DNA from: Psammoneis japonica
Taxonomy: Eukaryota
Length of the DNA: 41,893 bases
NCBI GenBank assembly: GCA_008632985.1
Contig: QPGO01000085.1
Coordinates: 310,001-351,893, forward strand
Direction: 5' to 3'
Of this stretch, positions 34,390 to 41,893 are shown piece by piece. Under the pieces are notes generated by a model. That model saw nothing but the letters and a program-made list of their open reading frames with translations, did not search any database and was not told the origin of the DNA. The translations under genes were made by a program, and so were the position numbers. Within the stretch, counting starts at the first letter, position 1. Every line of letters starts with the position of its first letter.

Positions 34390-37300
34390 ATCAGCGCCTG
34401 TTCACCACAGTGCACGGCGAATCAATTGCCAGAGCTTCAGTCCAGGCATCAGCTTTGTCAGCATGTCTGCTGAGAGTTCATGTGTCCATCCTCCCAAGCA
34501 ATCTGCGCAATTCCTGCAGCTTGCACCTCACACATCCGGTGACAAGTGATGGCATTGTGTCTCTTCTCAAGCGTCAACTCTGGCCGTGCTGAGTTCTTGA
34601 ACACAGCCTCATTGTCGCAGAAGACATTGGTTGGCCTCCTTCTTCCCAAATTCCTGGCATTTGAAGCTTGTGACACAAGGCTTCGATCTGCTCTGCCGCA
34701 GTCTTCATCACAACAAATTCTGACCCAAAGGTCAAGAACTCTGCAGCATTCTGCCATTCAGAGTGCCACAAGATTGTTGGTGCCTGTTGCACAAAGATTG
34801 TGGCCCCAGTGCAAGACCTCTGTGTCACACAACAACCAGTGTGATCCATGTCAATGAAACATGTGGCAGCGGCGCTGTTGCCCTGTGTCTTGGGGACATC
34901 CCTCATGACAGCTTTGGCTGCCCTGGGATGGCACTGTGTCCAGCAATGCTTCTGGAAGCATGGTTGGCCAAAAGCAGGCTTGGTGTCATTGAACACCATC
35001 ACAGACTTTGCGCGTGCCTTCAGATGTGCAAAAACATGAAGCTCCTCATCCAAGTGCCCAACTCTTGGTGCTGCCAAGTGCAAGAACATCAAGGACACTG
35101 GGGCTGTGAGATGTTGATCCACCCCAGCTCCAGCTCCAGCACCATCCAACGCAATGCACCAATGAGCCCCTGACAGTGACTTGCCGTGCGGGCATCCAGT
35201 TCAGGGGAACTCTCTGGTTCTGGCCTGTGCCCAGCTGAGCTTGAACTTGACATCAGCAGCTGTCCTCTTGACATGCAAGTCAGCGAACAATGCCCAGCAT
35301 GTGTTGCCATCCAAATCGGATGGTTGGTGCTTGTGGATCTGGGTGCCAAGAAGCTCCTTGGGTTCCTTGACACTGCCATCCTCAAGCATGTGACAAGACA
35401 CCATAAAATCCATGAATGTCTGAGGATCTTGAGAGATGACTGGCAATTTGTCAACACACACAAGTGCACATTCCCAGTGCTTGAAGCCATCAGGCTTGAC
35501 TGCCTTGCACACCCAAACATCAGGGATGCCTTTGAAAGATTGAAAGTTGAAAGATTGAAAGCCCGCTTCATGCAGCATGGCCACCATGTGGTCCTGAAAT
35601 CTGGCGCCTGAGATTTTGAGACCACATGGTTCCTGTGCAATCTTGACAGGTCACCCCTCATTTTGCTTCCCAAATTCCCCAGGCCAGCAGTTGCACAACA
35701 GCATTCCTTGGGTCTTTGCACCCAGATGGGCATTCTGAATGTCAGCGCACACTGTGTCTGGGTCATTCAATGCAGCTGTGGTAAAAGCCATCCTGACACT
35801 GCCGCGCAAGACTGCACTGGAGAGCAGGTTGACTCTTTGGGTGGCTCCATCTGATGACCTTCTGCAACATGTTGGGCTTTCTGGGTCAAATCAGTCTTAA
35901 CATCAAATGCCATGAGATCAAAATTGAAGGTGTTTGTTGCGCTAAACTGCACAGAAAATCAGCCTCTCACGCAATGGATTTCTCCTCACCTGGGGCTGAA
36001 CAGGCCAAGTTTGCCCCCCCCCCCCATCCCTGTCCTTCTTGTTGCCTGACTTGAGAGCAGCACTGCATCCATGAGCTCCAAGCAGTTTTGCATTGCCTCG
36101 GTGTTTAAGTCATCCTCAGCAAGGGCCACTCATCCTTGCAAATGATGGGTCTTCCCAACTCAGGTGGGATTGTGAATGCCATGTTGTCTGTGCAGTTTTC
36201 TGTGGCACTTGACCAGTGTCCAATGCACAGTCAAAGAGGGCATGTGCTGAGACGCCAGGCATCAAACCCGTTGTGTCCTCTTCTGGGACCCCGCCATCCA
36301 TTTCTGGATGTTTGGAGGCAGTCAGCCTCCTCACTGCTGTGACCCACTGGGCACAGTGGGACCAACAACGCTTCGGCACATGTGTTGCCTCATCGCCACT
36401 CTAACTTTCCATTTGAGTTCTCAAGCAGAGGCTTTGGCTAAATTCTGTCATGGACTGCAGGGCACAGTTGCACCCTGCTTGACCCCACATTCTTTGCAAA
36501 TCTCCTTGGTCTGGCCATCAGTTGGCTCGGGTGTGATGTTGGACACAATCTCAAGGGGAACACCAGCATCATGGATGAATGACATCATTGCCTCCGGATG
36601 CTTTCCCTCTGAGTCCCAAGGGTGGAAGTGGTCACAGCCTCTCCTGCCATTGATGATTGAGCCGCCAATGTCCCCATGAATTGATTTGACCTTTGAAAAC
36701 ATTTGGTCCATGTAAAACCTGTCCTTTGCACTGGCGAATTTGAGCCAAGGGGCCTTCTTCCACACCTTCCTCTTGGATGGCACACAGATGTTCCTGACTC
36801 CGGCTTGAGTCATTGCCCCAAGCACATTCTTTGTGGCAGTGAGACCAACGCCCCAATGCCTGGAAGACATCTTGGGTGTGAGAGTGGATTTGCTTTCAGA
36901 GGCAGACAGTGCAAGTGTCCGTGCACACTCCTCGTGATCTTTGTGCACATCTGCTTGGCACTCATCATGCAGACCATCCCCTTTCATGTTGAGATGGGAA
37001 ATGGTCACATTGGCTGCCGTGTGCTTGCACAATGTAGAGTCCTCACCAACAGTTGAGATCTCCTCAGGGTGGTTGAACCCATCATTGATTGGCCAAATGG
37101 CAGAAATGCAACGTGCTTCATTTGAACCCCTGTGGTCCTCTTGTGGGCTGTGCCCCAATGATTGAGACAAGCTGATGGCCATGTTGAGCTTCGACTCAAT
37201 TGCACCCTCATTCTTGGCAAACTCACCAGACAATGGCTCGTGGTTCCCTGGGCATTGTGGATGTAAGTTCAAGACGTGGCAGTTCCTCCAAGTCTTTGTT

Positions 37301-39717
37301 GTCGGCAGGTTTGCATGTCTCATGGGTGGAGACAATTCAGCTCAGTCAGAGCAGAGTCCAGACCTTCAAGTCCAGGAATGAGATTGAGTGTGAGCTTGTC
37401 TCATTGGGCTGCTTCAGCACATTGCCTGCAGTTGAGCCATTGGCTCTCAGTTGATTGGGGCACATCAGCAAGTTTTTCACTTGGTCCCTGAAACACATGG
37501 CCTCACGCAGTGTTGGCAAACAAGGTTGGCCTGTTGAGGGATCTGTCCAGGTGGTGGCAACCCCCTTGGTGGGCAAATGGGGAAGACACAGCAAGATGTG
37601 AGAAGCTGCACGGTCATTTTGGGAAAAAATCACATTCTCCTGGAGCAGCTGACTGGGTTGTGCAACCATCCCTCATGCAAGGTTTTAACAAAAATGACCT
37701 CCTTGTCTTTACAGTCATGCAACACCTTTGTCTCTCACAAGCAAAAGTGATTTTTTCGATGTTTTGTGTCATTTTACGGCACACTTGTTGAGCGATCCGT
37801 CCAACAACTTTTGACATTTAACGTCGAGTGGTAAGAGGCATAATTGTACCACAAACTTGGCCGTTTATTTGATGTTGAAGATAAATGTGTCCATTGATTA
37901 AATTCTCGTACTGCGGAGCTCGCACGTAGAATTCTACGGGCCCAATGTCACACGGAGTCCCACCTGGGGCTGGAACGCGTCAACCAACTGCATGGGGATG
38001 TTGTGAACCAGTTCACACTCGCCGGAGTGCAGGTGCACTGACATGGTGTGAGTGGGGTTAAAAAATGATGGGATGCAACTTGACCCAGCAACACAAGTGT
38101 CAGCATGTGAGTCAAGCTGGTTGAGGAAAATTCCGTCAGAAGACTCAGCGTTGGCTGAGAATGTGGTGCGCTGAGCTGCACATGCAAAGCAAATGGACAC
38201 AAAATTGGCAGGAGCAGTGCCAACAGCAACACCACATGGGTTGGTCAAACAAGGGCTGTTGTCATCAATGGGTGACATGTGACTCTGCAAGAGTCCTCTT
38301 GCTTGCAGGTGCAGCCAATCATTCTCGATTGGGTTTCTCCTTTGAGGGTTCACACTTGATTGCATCCTGAGCCAAAGGCTTGGGCTTGTGAACCACCCTT
38401 CTGAACTGCATGCCAGCATCTGCTCCACCAGCAGCCTCAGCCCCTGCTTCCTCAGGCACAGGCTTGGCATCAGGCTCATTGGATTCAATGGGTTTGGGAG
38501 GGTCACTCAAGACCTTGCTGACCTTCCTGGTGGCAGCATCCTCTTCGGCATCAACAGCCATGGCTTTGCACTTGCGCTCAGGCCTTCTCCCTCTTCTTCT
38601 TCTTGCAGCGTTCCTTGACTTTGGCATGTTCCTCTGGCTCCAGAGCCAGCCATTTGTCCTTCGGATGGTGTCCGGCCCTGATCCTGGGCTTGTCCTGCTT
38701 CTGCTTGCATGGGTTCCCCCCTTCTTCTTGGGATCACGTTCGTTCCAAACCAAGCCAACAGTGTGCTGCTGCTCTGAGCAATTCTTGGCATTCTCAACCG
38801 GAGTCTTCATGTGCTGCTGGCAGAGCTTGAAGCCAGAGAGCTTGGCATCGTCACCACATGACACTCTCACCACAGCTTCCAGTTGGGGGTCAGTGACCCC
38901 CTTCAAGAAGTCAGAGACCTTCTTGGTTTTAGCCACTGGCTCTCCTGGGTCAAGGAGGTCATCATGAGCCTGGGCCCTCTGGCAGCACTGGATGCACTGG
39001 TTGAATGTGCAGTGACTGCGTCCAGCGCACTTTGCTGTCTGAGCATGTGTGCAATTCTTCCAAGTGGCAGTGGCAGCCCAGCTTTCAGCCTGCCTCTTCA
39101 GTGCCAAAAAGCACTGCACACCCATTCCAGGTGTGATTGTGGGGTTTGACAAAGGCCCACCATCTGGGTCCTTCAATGATTGGCTCCTTTTGAGCCCATT
39201 GCACACATGCTTGTCATCCGTCATGTGCGCCTGTTTGGCATGCCACATCATTGCAATCAAGTCCTCACTGAGTTGTGCGGTGGTGCCAGAGCTCCATCTG
39301 GAACAGCTCCTCCTGCTTGACAAAGTCGTGCATCTGGGTGAGAGGAGCACCCTTGGGGGTGTCATTTTCCAACTCCTGCTTGTGGATGTTGTCCAATTCA
39401 GCAAGGTGGTTGGCCCACATTGCAATGACATTGCCAGCGAAATCCTGGGCTTGCGGCACTTCACCCCTGACAGTGTGGCAGTCCAACCAAGCGCAGAGAG
39501 CCTTGAACTTCCTGACAGCAAGACACAGGAAGTTGACAGCATTGTCATCTGAAGTGTCCTTCTGGAGTCCCTCAATCATGTTGTTGACCTCAGCAAATGG
39601 CACTTGGCAGAAATCATCAACAATGGCAGCAAAACCTTGAGCATTGATGCAGCTGCAGGCACCTGCCACGAAGCCTGTCCTGTTCATGCAGGTGGTGAAA
39701 GCAATGGCATCAGCCAT
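34390..39717 (-). mobile_element. Degenerate Ty1/copia LTR retrotransposon (diatom CoDi-like): gag-protease-integrase-RT-RNase H
   Basis: Gag from 39717 (..GEPVA.TKKVSDFLKG.TDP.L); protease LDSHADTCVAG; CPNQLRANG; integrase WG.GL....TQAGVR..D.MFSKVKS.HG...FIHD.GVP...TVP.SPWQN; RT AHLWVQ, KSQAP/GARF.DH, PDVW, HWECALVCVDK (YWEYVLVYVDD); RNase H FIDMDHTG...RSCTG, TFGSEFV.MK, TNVFCDNEAV, KRHNAI. Integrase lies before RT, the copia order. LTRs not identified. Confidence 0.9.
37562..37985. mobile_element. ~420-bp insertion within the copia protease region
   Basis: Copia reading ..HNIPM(Q) / VATTWTDP is interrupted. Imperfect inverted ends ccccttggtggg / cccacctgggg. The left 185 bp match 12130-12309. 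Confidence 0.7.
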
Positions 39718-40199
39718 GGTTGTGAATGATGTGTCCTCTCATGAAGGTGCAGTGGTGTCACAAGTGTGGTGTTTTGTAAAAAAGTGAGAGGAAATGAGTG
39801 ATTTTGTGGTCATGAACAGCTCAATGCAAGAGTGCCGACCAACAGAAATGCATGACGGCAAACAACAACCGCATGACAAAGATCCTCATGTTTGCATGCC
39901 CCACGTGCATCTCAGTGCATGTGTGCTGATGCACACAACAAGTCATTTCCAATGACTGAATTTCCATTGTGCTGCTTGGGTCCAACAAGCGATCACATTG
40001 TGGCAAACATTGCGATTGCGCAAGCAACCATGGACACATGGCGCTCACCGCAAAATTGATGAAAATGGCACCTGAACCATTGCCCGTTCCAGGCTCCAGA
40101 ACAAAGAGAGACATCATTGGCTCTGATTGAGCAAATCACATGCAGTTGCTGAGAAATTGACAAGACATGATAGAAAAGTTTTGCTGTGGCAATCAAGAA

Positions 40200-40950
40200 C
40201 AGGATTCTAGAAATTGTGAGGGTTGCCCTGTGCCACCCACTGTTTGAGCAACAGTGGTGGTCTTTGCCAAATGACCCCAATGCTTGTTTCAGTGACAGCA
40301 TGGCTGGAGTTGCTCAGAATGCTTTGCAAAATCTGATTTGCCCAAGACAAGGGCAGACAAAGGAATCGATTTCAAGTTGGCATCAGGCAGCTCCTCGTGC
40401 GGCAGCCTGTGGCTTGCAGTGGACTTTGCGGAGTCGAACCTTGGCAGGTGATCAACAAATCTGAGCACTCCAGCAGTCCAACAGACCTGCAATGTCTTCA
40501 TGTTCAGTTGTCCATTCAGCTCTTCCCCATTGTGCAGTTTCTGGAGTGTGGGGTTTTGGTCCGACAAATTGTGAGAATGCAGGTTTTCACTGCTTGCTGT
40601 CAACAAGTGTCAGCAAAACCCCCTTTTGCCGGCTGGACCAAAAATGATCCAGTGGTGGTCCCAAATCTTGTCACAAATCAAAATCTTGATCATCTTCATG
40701 CCGGGCCAGCATGCATGAAAATGCATGAGTGGTGGTGCAAAAACCTTTCCTCTGGATTTGACAAATCTGCTCCTGTTGGGTCAAGGGGGTGCCCAGAGCG
40801 CTTGTCCACCAACACTTCATCAAGTGCGTTGATCACCACATGGACTTCAGGAACATCATGGGACAACAGTGACAAGTTCTCAATGATGTGAGTGTGAAGC
40901 TGTTCAACTTCATTCACGTTGGACTTGAGTTGAGTGACAATCAGCTGCTG
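40200..40950 (-). mobile_element. Possible second, more decayed non-LTR (CRE-like) N-terminal fragment
   Basis: Weak motif resemblance only (ALDEV..D...G..LD, R.FVTR, CILT, WTAG..RFVD, HEELP). Confidence 0.25.
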
Positions 40951-41242
40951 AGTCAGGTTTCCCTGATTTGAAGCATCGCTCAGCCTGCGGCAGTCTAAAA
41001 CCAGAGCAGGGGCACAAACACAAGGACAAGATGTTGGTGTTTCTCCTCATTGTTGGGGAGCCATTGTGTGTGCTGTCTGCAACAAGATGCTGGATTTCAT
41101 CTTCCTGCAGAGCAACGTTGACGTTCTCCAATGATGGCATTCCCGGTGTGTCCTGGAACAAAGCCAGCTCATGATTGGCTTGGTTGAGCTGCTGCTGGCC
41201 AGCAAGGATCTCAAGCAACTCAAGAAGACAAAGCTGGAAAAT

Positions 41243-41377
41243 TGGGTGTCACCACTTGCAGCAAGAATTGGATCAGGCTGGAGGTGGCAGGGACAGACAA
41301 AAGTGCAAAACATGCGCGGAAATTGCCACACAGAGACAGACCGCCGCTGAGATTCTTGCTGCAAGTGGCGACACCCA
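41243..41377. mobile_element. ~135-bp MITE with a 26-bp TIR
   Basis: tgggtgtcaccacttgcagcaagaat (41243-41268) vs attcttgctgcaagtggcgacaccca (41352-41377); one mismatch (CA vs CG). Confidence 0.8.
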
Positions 41378-41524
41378 AAATCCAAGTTGGCAGTGGTTTG
41401 GTGGGTGTTTGGAGCAAGTTGTTGCCGGCACTTTTGTTTGCCAGCCAATGTGCAAAGTTGTCTGGCAGTGGTCGACAATGTGGGAGTCCTTTTTTCTCCA
41501 CACACCAGACACTGGATTGGCTCA

Positions 41525-41893
41525 TGTCTGGGTGCCTTGACCAATCATTTGCCAGAATTTGACCTGACTGAAGACCAGTTTCACAAAATCAAGGTTCTTG
41601 ACAGCCAGGGCTTCAACTCCTGCATCAAGCATGTCAACAGAGACAACAATGCAAGAGAAATTGAAGTCAGTCAGCATCTTGTCAACCCACTCTGTTTGGC
41701 TGTCAATCACCTTGGTGAGTCCACAACACTGCAAGATGGGGCAGAGTTGACTGAAGCTCTGGCAGATTTTCAATGTGTGGTCATGACTGACAGCAAGATG
41801 ATCATCTTGCCAGGCAGTGTCCCAGCTGTGTCCTCAATGGAAATGCCATCCATGAACTCACGCATGACAATGGCATCATTTGTGCCTGTGTTG
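41525..41893 (-). pseudogene. hsdR: Decayed fragment of a bacterial-type type I restriction enzyme R subunit (HsdR, EcoAI/EcoEI-like SF2 helicase C-domain)
   Basis: Minus strand with one frameshift: NTGTNDAIV.REFMDG...DTAGTLPGK.II/.AVSHDH.LKI.QSF.QLCP......KVIDSQ......LTDF....VSVDMLDAGV....VKNL.F.K.VFSQVKFWQMIGQGT. This matches recalled HsdR motifs IV (GKTIIFA...HA), V (ISVDMLDTGIDVP..NLVF.K.V.S) and VI (KFWQMIGRGTR). Confidence 0.8.

Larger units (their letters stand above)
33890..41893. other. Hypermutated repeat domain II (TpA-depleted), running off the window end
   Basis: By eye, no TA dinucleotide between ~38935 and ~39770; same Tyr->His/Cys pattern as domain I. Confidence 0.93.

Noticed and set aside
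33700..34390. 3' LTR/PPT of the copia element (and a matching 5' LTR beyond 39720)
   Set aside because: No matching direct repeat or convincing TG...CA, PBS or PPT found by eye.
34390..39717. Alternative genetic code or recoding in the TE ORFs
   Set aside because: The frames also carry frameshifts, stops and deletions; non-coding TIRs and TSDs show the same changes; adjacent host genes use Tyr normally.
11320..41893. Classical fungal RIP or CpG deamination as the sole explanation
   Set aside because: RIP increases TpA and AT content. CpG decay is present but cannot turn Tyr codons into His/Cys or explain the absence of TpA.

Overview
Eukaryotic nuclear DNA, very probably from a diatom (GTACGT introns, a signal-peptide/ALS-F plastid-type presequence, diatom-style Ty1/copia and Ty3/gypsy proteins). 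The window has two sharply separated compartments. Compartment 1 (1-~11.3 kb and ~29.95-33.9 kb) has ordinary composition. It carries a BAF-like gene, a secreted ankyrin protein, two tandem ARM-like paralogs, a SET-domain methyltransferase, a disrupted STAND/AAA-ATPase gene and a Sel1-repeat membrane protein. Compartment 2 (~11.3-29.9 kb and ~33.9 kb to the end) is a graveyard of nested mobile elements: a CRE-type non-LTR retrotransposon, gypsy, copia, a 9-bp-TSD Mutator-like element, TTAA-site elements, a MITE, and a fragment of a bacterial type I restriction helicase (HsdR). The main signal is in compartment 2, where TpA has been almost completely erased and replaced by TpG/CpA (A:T->G:C), on top of ordinary CpG decay. 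Conserved Tyr residues become His/Cys (YADD->HAND, YVDD->CVDK), repeat pairs differ by TG/CA swaps, and TTAA target-site duplications read TTGA/TCAA. This looks like a repeat-directed, RIP-like adenine hypermutation system with a TA (mainly TAY) target. All family assignments come from recalled motifs and all counts were made by eye; no searches were run.
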